Assembly: GCA_913041145.1 (NCBI GenBank)
Contig: CAJWHE010000006.1
Span: forward strand, 6,176-70,175
DNA length: 64,000 nucleotides
From: an uncultured Rhodobacteraceae bacterium
Lineage (GTDB): Bacteria; Pseudomonadota; Alphaproteobacteria; Rhodobacterales; Rhodobacteraceae
Direction of reading: 5' to 3'
A program made the position numbers and the translations under genes. The notes below the pieces were generated by a model. It was given only the letters and a program-made list of their open reading frames with translations, had not been told where the DNA came from and did no database searches. Within the stretch, counting starts at the first letter, position 1; every line of letters begins with the position of its first letter. Of the stretch, positions 1 through 9,450 are shown piece after piece.

Positions 1-29
1 TTGACGTAGAAAAAAATAATATCTAGATG
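1..29 (+). promoter_or_regulatory. Candidate sigma70-type promoter for rnpB
   Basis: TTGACG (1-6), 17-nt spacer, TAGATG (24-29). This places a start about 7 nt downstream, at the predicted 5' end of RNase P RNA. Pattern match only, and it sits at the window edge. Confidence 0.3.
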
Positions 30-35
30 TGTCTC

Positions 36-409
36 TCGCGGTTGGCTGGATGGCTGCAGGTTTTATAACTTGAGGAAAGTCCGGACTCCATAAAGTAACG
101 GTGCCGGGTAACGCCCGGCCAGGGAAACCTGAGGGAAAGCGCAACAGAGAGTATACCGCCTTTTTTTAGAGGTAAGGGTGAAACGGCGAGGTAAGAGCTC
201 ACCGCACGGTTGGTAACAGACGTGGCATGGCAAGCCCCACCGGGAGCAACGCCAAATAGGAACCTAGTGGAGTTTAACTCCGGGGCAGCTTTAGCTCTAT
301 ATGGTTCGGGTTGGCGGCTTAAGGGATACAGGTAACTGTATCTTTAGATGAATGGTCATCCAGAGACGTTAAAGTCTTGGACAGAATCCGGCTTATAGGC
401 CAACCGCGT
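36..409 (+). ncRNA. rnpB: RNase P RNA (bacterial type A), ends approximate
   Basis: Universal P4 strands GAGGAAAGTCCGGACTCC (72-89) and ACAGAATCCGGCTTATAG (381-398). Terminal P1 pairing of GCGGTTGGC (38-46) with GCCAACCGC (399-407). No long ORF in the region. Confidence 0.9.
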
Positions 410-523
410 ATTATTTTTGATAATTGATGCCTGCTAGTAATCGTTTAGAGTTGACTTAGAACTCCATGGTAGTAAAAGGCTCTTTCTGATAGATTTATTT
501 ATGTTGATGTAGGGAGCTTTATA

Positions 524-691
524 ATGGCGAAACCAACCACTATTAAAATAAGGTTAAACTCCTCGGAGGGAACAGGGCATTTTTATGTAACAAAGAAAAA
601 TGCAAGAACTATGACAGAAAAAATGGTAGTTCGAAAATATGACCCCGTTGCCCGTAAGCATGTTGAATATAAAGAAGGAAAGATTAAGTAA
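524..691 (+). CDS. rpmG: 50S ribosomal protein L33 (55 aa, Cys-less form); absent from the ORF track because it is under 60 aa
   Basis: My translation is [55 protein letters not shown], a typical L33 sequence and length. A strong terminator follows. Confidence 0.9.
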   Translation: MAKPTTIKIRLNSSEGTGHFYVTKKNARTMTEKMVVRKYDPVARKHVEYKEGKIK

Positions 692-711
692 TACCCTTAT
701 TAATTTAAAAT

Positions 712-745
712 AAAAAAACCACGCCTAGGCGTGGTTTTTTATTTT
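712..745. terminator. Bidirectional rho-independent terminator between rpmG (+) and the BI-1 family gene (-)
   Basis: AAAAAAA-CCACGCCTAGGCGTGG-TTTTTTATTTT: a perfect GC-rich palindrome (719-734) flanked by an A-run and a T-run. Confidence 0.75.
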
Positions 746-782
746 ATAACTTACGGTTATTTATAAATACAAGCTTTACCTA

Positions 783-1517
783 TTAATTACGGTTTCCCAT
801 AAAGCTAAGTAAAAACATAAACATATTTAAAAAATTAAGATATAAGCTCAAAGCACCCATAATAGCAGATTTAGCTAACCAATCCGAATTTCCACTACGT
901 GACATTTGAATATAATCATTCTTAATTCTTTGGGTATCGTATGCCGTAAGACCAGCAAATATTAGTACACCTATTGAAGAAACGGCAAACTGCATTGCTG
1001 CTGACGCCATGAAAATATTAATTATTGACGCCACTATTAGACCGATCACACCCATCATTAGGAATGAGCCCCATGCAGAAATATCTTTTTTTGTTGTATA
1101 TCCCCATATGCTTAAACCTGAAAAAGCAATAGCCGTAACTAAAAAAGTTTGAGAGATTGACATACCGGTATATACTGCAAAAATATAACTTATTGATAAC
1201 CCTACGAGAGCTGAAAAAGCCCAAAATAAGAGTTGAGCCGCTCCTGCAGATAATTTATTAATTGTTGCACTTAAACCAAACACTACTGCTAGTGGTGCGA
1301 ACATAACTACCCATTTAAGAGGCGATCCAAAAATTACGGAAAGCATTGCATTATTATTCCCTACTACATAGGCGACTGCTCCAGTGATAAGCATAGCTAT
1401 AGCCATTAAACTATAGGTTTTACTCATATGTTTCTTAAGACCTTCGTCGATTGCTAAAGGTCTTGAGCTGGCTCCAGCTGTACGGATTGTATCAAATTCA
1501 GCCATTTTTTTCTCCAT
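783..1517 (-). CDS. Bax inhibitor-1/YccA family inner-membrane protein
   Basis: 244 aa with about 7 hydrophobic helices. The C-terminal AYDTQRIKNDY motif is characteristic of the BI-1/UPF0005 family. Confidence 0.85.
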   Translation of the reverse strand: MEKKMAEFDTIRTAGASSRPLAIDEGLKKHMSKTYSLMAIAMLITGAVAYVVGNNNAMLSVIFGSPLKWVVMFAPLAVVFGLSATINKLSAGAAQLLFWAFSALVGLSISYIFAVYTGMSISQTFLVTAIAFSGLSIWGYTTKKDISAWGSFLMMGVIGLIVASIINIFMASAAMQFAVSSIGVLIFAGLTAYDTQRIKNDYIQMSRSGNSDWLAKSAIMGALSLYLNFLNMFMFLLSFMGNRN

Positions 1518-1639
1518 TAAAATAATTTATTACTTGTGTAACACTTACACCTACTCCCTATATGATCAATTCTTCACAAAAATTCAAGTATAACAGAAAT
1601 TTAAATTAACTTTAAAATTTTGATCAAATACTTATCAAA

Positions 1640-2614
1640 TTACTTTTGTGCCCTATTCGTTCTTACAGTCACCTTGCCAGTGGATGCTCGCGATCTAAGT
1701 AAGTCTAAGCCGCTTTCAGTATCCTCTAGTTCTACAGTATCACTGATGTGGGGTTGAATTTTTCCGTCCACATATAATTCAAATAACTTGATCAAACTAT
1801 TCGAAATCACAGATGGTTTAAATTTTTGATAACCGCCCCAATAAAAACCAATTATATTTATATTTTTCACGAGTAGATGATTTGCTGGAATTTGTGGGAT
1901 GTCTCCACTTGCAAATCCAATTGTTAATAACCTTGCTTCTGGGTTGCTGGCTCTGAGAGCTGATTTAAATAGCTCTCCGCCAACAGGGTCGTAAACAATA
2001 TCTGCCCCACCTAGTTCTTTTACTATTTTTCGGAGGTCATCTTTGTCTGTATCAATTAGGTGAGTGGCTCCAGCTTTTTTTGCGATCGCTAGCTTTTCTG
2101 GACCTCTTGCTGCTGCTATTACATTAGCTCCCAGGACTTTACCTATTTCTACGGCTGTCAAACCAACCCCACCTGCGGCACCTAAGACTAAAAGGTTTTC
2201 GTTAGGTTGAAGTTTTGCCCGGTAATCCAAGGCTACGTGACTTGTAGAGTACGCCACCTGAAATGCTGAGGCCACGTCAAACGTCATGCTCTCAGGTATA
2301 TTGATACACAGATCGGCTGAGAATACACCAAATTCTGCTAGCCCACCATTCCCACCAAAAACTGCAATTCGTGATCCAATAGCTGGATAGTTTACATTTG
2401 GCCCAAGCCCAACAACTTCGCCGGCAACTTCCATTCCCAAGGTGAATGGAAGAGGGGGTAGTTCTTGATAGGTACCTTTTAACATTAGAAGGTCAGCAAA
2501 GTTTAGACCACAAGAAAAAATTTTAATTAAAACTTGCCCTGGTCCCGGCTTAGGTTTGGGAATATCTACTAAAGTTGGAGGGTCACCAAAGTGTATAACT
2601 TGCATTGCTTTCAT
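1640..2614 (-). CDS. NADPH:quinone oxidoreductase / zeta-crystallin-type MDR family oxidoreductase
   Basis: 324 aa. GLNFADLLMLKGTYQ and the LVLGAAGGVGLTAVEIGK nucleotide-binding motif are typical of the Qor subfamily. Confidence 0.8.
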   Translation of the reverse strand: MKAMQVIHFGDPPTLVDIPKPKPGPGQVLIKIFSCGLNFADLLMLKGTYQELPPLPFTLGMEVAGEVVGLGPNVNYPAIGSRIAVFGGNGGLAEFGVFSADLCINIPESMTFDVASAFQVAYSTSHVALDYRAKLQPNENLLVLGAAGGVGLTAVEIGKVLGANVIAAARGPEKLAIAKKAGATHLIDTDKDDLRKIVKELGGADIVYDPVGGELFKSALRASNPEARLLTIGFASGDIPQIPANHLLVKNINIIGFYWGGYQKFKPSVISNSLIKLFELYVDGKIQPHISDTVELEDTESGLDLLRSRASTGKVTVRTNRAQK

Positions 2615-2747
2615 AACAAAATTGACTCCTTTTTAACTACTTTCTTATATGAGTTTGTATATTTTTAAATACAAAGAGCAAATTTAAAATATTCAAACTT
2701 AAGGATTAGTGCTACGTGATAAATATTCACTTAATTTAAGGTTAGTT

Positions 2748-3545
2748 ATGAATAAATTAGAAAAAGATCAATTGATAAAACTTGCTCATGCAGTGGCTGA
2801 TGTAGCTAGAGTTGAGACATTAAAATATTTTCGTATAAGTTCGTTAACTGTGGAGTCAAAAGAGGATATTTTGTTCGATCCAGTCACAATAGCTGATCGG
2901 CAGGCAGAAAAAGCTATGCGAGAACTTATTGAATTAAATCGGCCAAACGATAGTATTTTAGGGGAGGAGTATCCTCCAAAAATTGGATCGACAGGGTTTA
3001 CTTGGGTTTTAGACCCGATTGATGGTACCCGCGGTTATATTTCTGGAACGCCTACATGGGGTACTTTAATAGCTTTAAATCATAAAGGTACTTCAATATT
3101 TGGAATTATAGACCAGCCTTATATTAACGAGAGATTTTCTGGTGGCTTTGATGAAAAACTTTTTAGTGGTCCGTTTGGAGAGAAAAACCTCGGCGTATCA
3201 AAAGTTAAAGAGTTAAGAGAGGCAGTTTTGTTTTCCACCTATCCCGAAATAGGTTCTAACACAGAATTGGAGGGCTTCAAGCAGGTTGCCAAACACTGTA
3301 AGTTAACTCGTTACGGTCTTGACTGTTACGCTTACGGTCTTTTGGCATTGGGACATATTGATGTCATTGTTGAGGCGGGATTAAAGGCTTATGATGTTCA
3401 AGCACCGATAGCAGTAATTAAAGCAGCGGGAGGTAACGTAACTAATTGGATCGGTGGACCAGCTGAAGAAGGTGGCCGAGTTTTAGCTACGTGTAATTCA
3501 CAGCTTCACAGCAAAGCTTTGAATATTCTAAAATTAATTACGTGA
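2748..3545 (+). CDS. Inositol monophosphatase family protein, probably histidinol-phosphatase HisN type
   Basis: IMPase motifs DPVTIADRQAE, WVLDPIDGT and YDVQAPIAVIKAAGG. The ORF is open from 2709 (non-ATG); the first ATG at 2748 (MNKLEKDQ...) gives the usual length of about 265 aa. The HisN assignment is inference. Confidence 0.7.
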   Translation: MNKLEKDQLIKLAHAVADVARVETLKYFRISSLTVESKEDILFDPVTIADRQAEKAMRELIELNRPNDSILGEEYPPKIGSTGFTWVLDPIDGTRGYISGTPTWGTLIALNHKGTSIFGIIDQPYINERFSGGFDEKLFSGPFGEKNLGVSKVKELREAVLFSTYPEIGSNTELEGFKQVAKHCKLTRYGLDCYAYGLLALGHIDVIVEAGLKAYDVQAPIAVIKAAGGNVTNWIGGPAEEGGRVLATCNSQLHSKALNILKLIT

Positions 3546-3600
3546 GCTATTGTAAGGTTTTCAGGCCTCAATCTTTACGGAATTAGAAGTGTCCCCAAAA

Positions 3601-4905
3601 CTACTTTACTTTAGGTAACCATTTTTCACCTTTAATAAAAACATCTTTAATTGCGCGATCATCACCCATCATAATTGTAGGAAATACAAGTTCCCAAATA
3701 TTCTTAGACTGTTTTGCGCGTTGTGAGATAGCGGTAGTGGAGTAGAGGTCTAAGACTAAAATATCTGCCTCCATTCCGGGAGCTAAATTTCCAATTTTTT
3801 TATCCAGATGTACCGCCTCTGCTGAGCCCCTAGTTGAAAGCCATAAAAGGTCAGCTGGATGAAGAGCGTGACCTCTCAATTGAGCTATTTCATAGGCAGT
3901 GGCCATAACTTTTAACATTGAGAAAGATGAGCCTCCACCAATATCTGTTGCTAACCCAATTTTTTGTCCTGCACGTGATAACCCTTTCATATCAAATAGG
4001 CCGGACCCAATAAATGTATTTGATGTAGGGCAGTGAATTATGGATGCATTAACCTCTTTTATTCTACTTTTCTCTCTATCAGTTAGATAAATGCCATGCC
4101 CAAAGACACTTCTCGGTCCTAAAAGCCCACTTTCTTCATAAGTATCTAAATAATCCTTTGATGTTGGAAAAAGCTCTTTTACCCAATTTACTTCTTCGGG
4201 CTGCTCTCCAATGTGGGTTTGCATAAGACAGTCTGGATACTCTTTCCATAATGAACCAAGTGCGTTCAGTTGTTCTGGAGTTGAGGTAGGAGAAAAACGT
4301 GGAGTGATCACGTAACCAAGCCTGTTAACTCCGTGCCATTTCTCTATTAATGTTTTACTTTGATCATAGGAAGCTTGAGCGGAATCGCGTAAATAGCTAG
4401 GGGCATTTCTATCCATACAAGTTTTTCCTGTTAAAGCACGCAGACCTCGGGCTTTCGCTTCAGTAAAGAAAGCGTCCACACTCTCGGGGTGTATAGTTCC
4501 GTAACTTACGGATGTTGTGACTCCATGAGAAAGACAAATATCAAAATATCTTGAAGCAATTTCCAATGCATATTCAATATCATGGAACTTTCCTTCTTCT
4601 GGAAATGTATATTCATTCAGCCAATCAATTAATCGACGACCCCAGCTATTAATAATTGCCGTTTGTGGAAAATGTAGATGTGCATCAACAAAGCCTGCTA
4701 ATATTAAGTTCTCTTTGCGATCAATGATTTCTGCGTCAGCTGGTAAATTTAAGCCTTGTGTATCAATAACCTTTTCAATGACGCCATTTTTTATAAAGAC
4801 AGCGCCGGTATCTAGGAATGAATATGAACCCTCTAAACCATCTACCATAGGGTTCTGTTTAAAGCTGAGAGTTTTTCCTAAAATTATTTTTGTTTTACTA
4901 TACAT
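3601..4905 (-). CDS. guaD: Guanine deaminase (amidohydrolase superfamily)
   Basis: 434 aa. Has the DAHLHFPQ metal motif, and THIGEQPEEVNWVKELFP...YLDTYEESGLLGPRSVFGHGIYL matches the guanine deaminase signature region. Confidence 0.75.
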   Translation of the reverse strand: MYSKTKIILGKTLSFKQNPMVDGLEGSYSFLDTGAVFIKNGVIEKVIDTQGLNLPADAEIIDRKENLILAGFVDAHLHFPQTAIINSWGRRLIDWLNEYTFPEEGKFHDIEYALEIASRYFDICLSHGVTTSVSYGTIHPESVDAFFTEAKARGLRALTGKTCMDRNAPSYLRDSAQASYDQSKTLIEKWHGVNRLGYVITPRFSPTSTPEQLNALGSLWKEYPDCLMQTHIGEQPEEVNWVKELFPTSKDYLDTYEESGLLGPRSVFGHGIYLTDREKSRIKEVNASIIHCPTSNTFIGSGLFDMKGLSRAGQKIGLATDIGGGSSFSMLKVMATAYEIAQLRGHALHPADLLWLSTRGSAEAVHLDKKIGNLAPGMEADILVLDLYSTTAISQRAKQSKNIWELVFPTIMMGDDRAIKDVFIKGEKWLPKVK

Positions 4906-5039
4906 TTATACAACGTACCCTAATGTAAAAAATAACGAAATGAAAAACTAAAGTCTAACTCATTATAAGAACAATTAGTTTTTGAAAATAAAATTTGAGG
5001 AAGGAGTATAATAAAAATTCATGGGGATATTGGTATAAC

Positions 5040-6893
5040 TCAACTTTTTGGAATCTTGAGAGCAATTGTTTTTCCATTCTTTTTATATCGAAGCTCTTTG
5101 CTGTTTATAGAGAGGACGCGGCCTCCATCAAGATAATCACCTAATCTAATTGTCTCTATTGTTCCATTTGGAAATCTAATTAGTGCCTTTATCTTTGTAG
5201 TTCTGCCCGATGTTCCTATTAAAGTTATTTGCTTTAGGTCAATTGAGTTTTTATCAACAGCTGCTTTAATCACGGTTTTTGAAGAGACCCCATTTGGGCG
5301 CGCTCGACTTACGACAGCCACGGAGGTTTTGTTAATATTTTCTTTTATAACATCCAAGATTTTCTGCTCGAGTAAACCTGTCCGTTTCCCTGGCATCTGT
5401 GTGATTAATTTTAGATCAGGAAATTGACCTGATTTTATTCGCTCTTGCAACTCAACCATACTGTAAGGACGTAACCTTGGTTTATTAAGCTTAAAGTCAT
5501 TTTTTGATTCTTCCTTTTGCTTTAAACTTTGTTCGAATGGGCGTTTTCGTGCGGGTACTGGGGTAGTACCCAAATAAATCATTATTCCGTCAGAATTTAA
5601 TGTACCTTCGATACTTGGATTGACTAACCCTTGAGCATTCAGTGCAAATTTAGTTTCTGGTGAAGTGGGAGATAGTGGCGCCCTAAAGGGAACTTCTGGA
5701 TATACACTTTTATCCATAGATATTGATGGAGCATCAGAAAAAATTGGTACTTTATCGATTGCAGGGTTAAAAGAGTGATACTTATTTTCAATATTCTTTG
5801 GAGCTTCTAGTAATGGAGAAAGTTGCCAAATCCCATTTTTTTTATAGAGTTCTTGTGCTATTTTTTTATCAAATTTTTGAGACTGTGATAGCTTGGCATC
5901 AACACGTTTCCCCGTTGTTTTTTCCCCTGAACCGAACTCTTTGGTCGTAGATTGAGATAAAGTATTTTCTTGGTTATCAACTCCCTCATTCCTATTATTA
6001 CTTGTAATAAATTCTGAAAGAAAATAAATGGAAATGAATGCAATTGGACCAAGTATAATTAACAAAACTACCAACAGAAAGCGTTTGATTCGTTTTCTGA
6101 AATCTGCTGCATTTCTTTCGTCTAGTTCAGAAAATGGTTTGAAAGACCCTAAATTTAGTTCAAGAGGATTTTTACTTTGAAAGGTTTCCTGATTTACGGT
6201 GTTTAAGGAAGGGCTCTCGTTCAATGCATCCTTAATTATATTTTTTTCTGAAATATGTGGGCTTAGCAAGTGACTTTTTTGAGAGGGTAATTCCAGAGTA
6301 GTATTGTCAGTTTTTATGATTTTTACTATCTCGTTATCAGGTTTAAACTGATAGATAGGCGGCAAAATATTTGATCCTAAATTAGGCTCTGTTCCAAACA
6401 AGCCTATAGGTGGTATGGTGGTGAACCCTGCTATTTTGAATTGAAACTGTTTAAAAAACCTTTCTACTTCGTGTAACAGCTCCTTTGATACTGCTATGAT
6501 AGAGACATTGGGTGGATCGCCACTTACAGCGTAGGATAAACTTTCTACCTTTCTAGTTGTTTCGTCAAATGAAGAACCTTGAGATATACTGACTGATTGA
6601 AGATAATCTGTTAGAGAACCCTGGTTCTCTAATGCATACTGCACCTCTATTTCACTTACATTTGGCACTGAAACTTGTGAAAAAAATAGTTGGTTATGGG
6701 GAAGAATAATTTTTACGCAAGAATTATTACCTCCCAGAGAGATAACTTTTTCACTTAAAGTATTTAATTCAAAGTCCAACTGTTTAGACTCAGTTGATAC
6801 CGTTCCTTTTTCTTGCCATCCTTTTTGTTCTAGAGAGCGTTGTAAAAGAACAATATGATCTTCTGATAGTTTGAGCGCAAAATCTGGGGTCAT
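5040..6893 (-). CDS. Hypothetical bitopic membrane protein (617 aa): soluble N-domain, one TM helix, low-complexity linker, small C-terminal beta-rich domain
   Basis: Long ORF with coding-like composition. Single TM helix FLLVVLLIILGPIAFISIYFL around aa 270-292. I recognise no family with confidence. Confidence 0.6.
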   Translation of the reverse strand: MTPDFALKLSEDHIVLLQRSLEQKGWQEKGTVSTESKQLDFELNTLSEKVISLGGNNSCVKIILPHNQLFFSQVSVPNVSEIEVQYALENQGSLTDYLQSVSISQGSSFDETTRKVESLSYAVSGDPPNVSIIAVSKELLHEVERFFKQFQFKIAGFTTIPPIGLFGTEPNLGSNILPPIYQFKPDNEIVKIIKTDNTTLELPSQKSHLLSPHISEKNIIKDALNESPSLNTVNQETFQSKNPLELNLGSFKPFSELDERNAADFRKRIKRFLLVVLLIILGPIAFISIYFLSEFITSNNRNEGVDNQENTLSQSTTKEFGSGEKTTGKRVDAKLSQSQKFDKKIAQELYKKNGIWQLSPLLEAPKNIENKYHSFNPAIDKVPIFSDAPSISMDKSVYPEVPFRAPLSPTSPETKFALNAQGLVNPSIEGTLNSDGIMIYLGTTPVPARKRPFEQSLKQKEESKNDFKLNKPRLRPYSMVELQERIKSGQFPDLKLITQMPGKRTGLLEQKILDVIKENINKTSVAVVSRARPNGVSSKTVIKAAVDKNSIDLKQITLIGTSGRTTKIKALIRFPNGTIETIRLGDYLDGGRVLSINSKELRYKKNGKTIALKIPKS

Positions 6894-7040
6894 GGTCCCT
6901 AAGCTGAGTTATGTATTTGTTTATATTTGGTGAGTTTGACAAGCAATATAAGTGTTACCTACTTTAAGGCCTATATTACCAAAAGGGAAAGAAGATTTAT
7001 CAAAATATCATTAATTATTTTCTATAATATTTTGGATCAC

Positions 7041-7523
7041 TTAGTTTAAAATTAAACGCGATGAAATAATACCTGTATTAAATCCTGCCATTCTTAATTC
7101 TCCAAATAGTCGTTGGTATTCTATTTTTGGGCATTTATTTTGAACAACTTCTAAGCCCTGTTTCAATGCGATTCCTGCTGCTTCTTCATTGCTAACACCT
7201 ATTTGCATCCAAATCGTTTTAAGTTTTTTTAGGTGCTTTAAGGCATCTTCTACAATAGGCAATACGGCTTCAGATTTTCGAAAAATATCTAACATATCGA
7301 CTTTTACTTCTGAGTTTATCTCAGAAATAGACCCTAAAATTCTTTCACCAAACAATATTCCGCCTGCATATGTAGGATTAACTGGGATTACTCTGAAGTT
7401 TTTAAAGTATAAATACCTCAATACAAAATAACTGGGTCTAATTCTATTTGGTGAAACTCCAACACAGGCAATCACTTTTGTGGAGTCTAAAATATTTTTT
7501 ATTCGTTTGTCATTTGTGTTCAC
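7041..7523 (-). CDS. CoA-binding domain protein (YccU/YneT-like)
   Basis: 160 aa. KVIACVGVSPNRIRPSYFVLRYL...RVIPVNP matches the CoA_binding_2 pattern. Its GTG start shares one nucleotide with the metY TAG stop (TAGTG). Confidence 0.75.
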   Translation of the reverse strand: MNTNDKRIKNILDSTKVIACVGVSPNRIRPSYFVLRYLYFKNFRVIPVNPTYAGGILFGERILGSISEINSEVKVDMLDIFRKSEAVLPIVEDALKHLKKLKTIWMQIGVSNEEAAGIALKQGLEVVQNKCPKIEYQRLFGELRMAGFNTGIISSRLILN

Positions 7524-8815
7524 TAAGAAGTTGCTTTTGCTAAAGCTTGATTAAGATCACCAATCAAATCTTCTACAGATTCAATTCCTATAGAGACCCG
7601 AACAGTATCTGGCGCTGCTCCCGCAGCCTGTTGTTGTTCCCGAGTAAGTTGACGGTGTGTCGTAGATGCAGAATGAATAATGAGAGATCTGGCATCTCCT
7701 AGGTTTGCTACATGACTAAATATTTCCAAAGAATCTACTAACTTTATACATGCCTCATACCCCCCTTTGACACCAAAAGTGAAAAGTCCTCCAGCCCCCC
7801 TTGGGCATATATGTTTAACTCTTTCATAGTAAGGCGATGATTTAAGACCAGCATAGGAAACAAATTCCACACGAGAATCTTCCTCTAACCATTTTGCAAT
7901 CTTTTCGGCATTATCTACATGCCGATCCATCCTCAAAGACAACGTTTCTATTCCACATAATGTGTAATGTGCTGCTTGTGGATTCATTGTCATTCCTAGA
8001 TCGCGGAGACTAATGGCAATACCAAAAAAAGTGAATGCTAAGGGACCAAAGGTTTCAAAAAACTTAAGCCCGTGATATGCAGGTTCTGGCTCACTTAATG
8101 ATGGAAACTTGTTAGATGATGCCCAGTCAAATTTGCCAGAGTCTACTACGCAACCACCTGTAACAGTCCCATTTCCAGTTAGATATTTAGTAGTTGAGTG
8201 AACAACCAGTGTAGCACCATGCTCTATTGGTCTACAAAGGTAAGGAGTTGCAGAAGTATTATCCACAATTAATGGTATTAATGCCTTATCTGAAATTTTA
8301 GAAATTTTATCTAAGTCAGTTATATAACCTCCTGGGTTTGCAATTGACTCACAAAAGACTGCTCGCGTGTTTTCGTCTATGGCTTCAGTTATTGCTGACA
8401 AATCATCAAAGTCTACAAATTTAGCTGACCAGCCAAATCTTTTAATTGTTTGAGAGAACTGTGTAACTGTTCCTCCGTAAAGGCGGGTAGATACAACCAC
8501 ATTACAGCCTGGACTCATTAGAGGAAATAGGGCCATTATTTGTGCAGCATGCCCTGAAGAACAACAGACTCCTCCAACACCACCTTCTAAAGTAGCTATC
8601 CTTTCTTGTAAGACAGCTACTGTCGGGTTCGTTAGCCTCGAGTATATATAACCTACTTCTTGGAGGTTGAAGAGAGCAGCTGCGTGCTCTGCGTCTCTAA
8701 ATACGTAAGCAGTTGTCTGATGAATTGGAGTTTGCCGTGATCCCGTAGTCGGGTCTGGTCTTGCTCCGGCATGGATTTGCAATGTATCGAACCCGTAACT
8801 TTCTGTATCAGCCAT
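7523..8815 (-). CDS. metY: O-acetylhomoserine sulfhydrylase (aminocarboxypropyltransferase), PLP-dependent
   Basis: 430 aa. FDTLQIHAG, NPTVAVLQERIATLEGG and the PLP-lysine region HSTTKYLTGNG are typical of MetY/MetZ-class Cys/Met-metabolism enzymes. Confidence 0.9.
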   Translation of the reverse strand: MADTESYGFDTLQIHAGARPDPTTGSRQTPIHQTTAYVFRDAEHAAALFNLQEVGYIYSRLTNPTVAVLQERIATLEGGVGGVCCSSGHAAQIMALFPLMSPGCNVVVSTRLYGGTVTQFSQTIKRFGWSAKFVDFDDLSAITEAIDENTRAVFCESIANPGGYITDLDKISKISDKALIPLIVDNTSATPYLCRPIEHGATLVVHSTTKYLTGNGTVTGGCVVDSGKFDWASSNKFPSLSEPEPAYHGLKFFETFGPLAFTFFGIAISLRDLGMTMNPQAAHYTLCGIETLSLRMDRHVDNAEKIAKWLEEDSRVEFVSYAGLKSSPYYERVKHICPRGAGGLFTFGVKGGYEACIKLVDSLEIFSHVANLGDARSLIIHSASTTHRQLTREQQQAAGAAPDTVRVSIGIESVEDLIGDLNQALAKATS

Positions 8816-8979
8816 TGTATATGCTCCTATAGAGATAATTTGTAACCATTAAGTAAGGTTTTTTATTCTTTTTCAGAAAATAATTCTAAGTAAAATAGTT
8901 AATATTAACTTTTGTTCTTTTTTTCTTTAAATAGCTAAGTTATAAAGAATATTATTCTTTTAAATTAGGGAATTAAAGA

Positions 8980-9450
8980 ATGGATAAAATTGATATCGAA
9001 ATTCTTAAACTTATTCAAAGTAACGCAACTTTGCCTTTGTCAGAGATATCTCGTCGTGCTGGTCTTTCAAAGACTCCGTGCTGGAATCGAATTCGAAGGT
9101 TAGAAGAGACTGGAGTCATAAAAAAGCGAGCGACGCTCCTTGATCGAAATCTACTTGGTTTACCGATTGTTGTATTTTTGTCTATTTCGGTGAGTAGGCA
9201 CTCTTCTGAATGGGCAACACTTTTTTCAGATATAGTCTCTAAATATGGACAAATCACAGAGGTACACCGTCTTACGGGTTCTGGTGCGGATTATATGTTG
9301 AAAATAGTAGCAGCTAGTATTGAATCCTATGACAAATTTCAACAAATTTTAATTAATGAGATCGAGTTCACTAGCATGTCATCTAGTGTTTCATTGCAAG
9401 AAATGAAGTATAATGTTGCTCTGCCATTTGATCAGATAGTAGTAGATTAG
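8980..9450 (+). CDS. Lrp/AsnC family transcriptional regulator
   Basis: 156 aa. N-terminal HTH (DKIDIEILKLIQSNATLPLSEISRRAGLSKTPCWNRIRRLEETGVI) plus a C-terminal RAM/AsnC_trans_reg domain. Divergent from metY. Confidence 0.9.
   Translation: MDKIDIEILKLIQSNATLPLSEISRRAGLSKTPCWNRIRRLEETGVIKKRATLLDRNLLGLPIVVFLSISVSRHSSEWATLFSDIVSKYGQITEVHRLTGSGADYMLKIVAASIESYDKFQQILINEIEFTSMSSSVSLQEMKYNVALPFDQIVVD

Noticed and set aside
1018-1224. Many 60-140 aa ORFs in the six-frame track lie inside or antisense to long, well-supported genes. Examples: 1018-1224, 4715-4951, 5858-6052, 7189-7431, 9015-9257, 14466-14669, 15070-15297, 15679-16113, 17921-18148, 18554-19120, 20607-22316, 25192-25398, 29550-29753, 32846-33625, 33894-34109, 36954-38528, 40004-40195, 41115-41746, 41992-43314, 44737-44928, 45476-45664, 46734-46937, 48474-48671, 49550-50693, 52601-53100, 54903-55118, 56635-57103, 58576-59002, 60426-61265, 62985-63257.
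   Set aside because: Each overlaps a longer ORF whose translation carries clear family motifs. Their own translations are low-complexity or biased (Ser/Leu/Ile/Phe-rich) and lack start-site context. They are typical shadow ORFs.
8816-8979. SAM-II / SAM-V riboswitch upstream of metY.
   Set aside because: The minus-strand leader has no AAAGCU-type core and no GC-containing pseudoknot stems. By eye it is just AT-rich promoter DNA.
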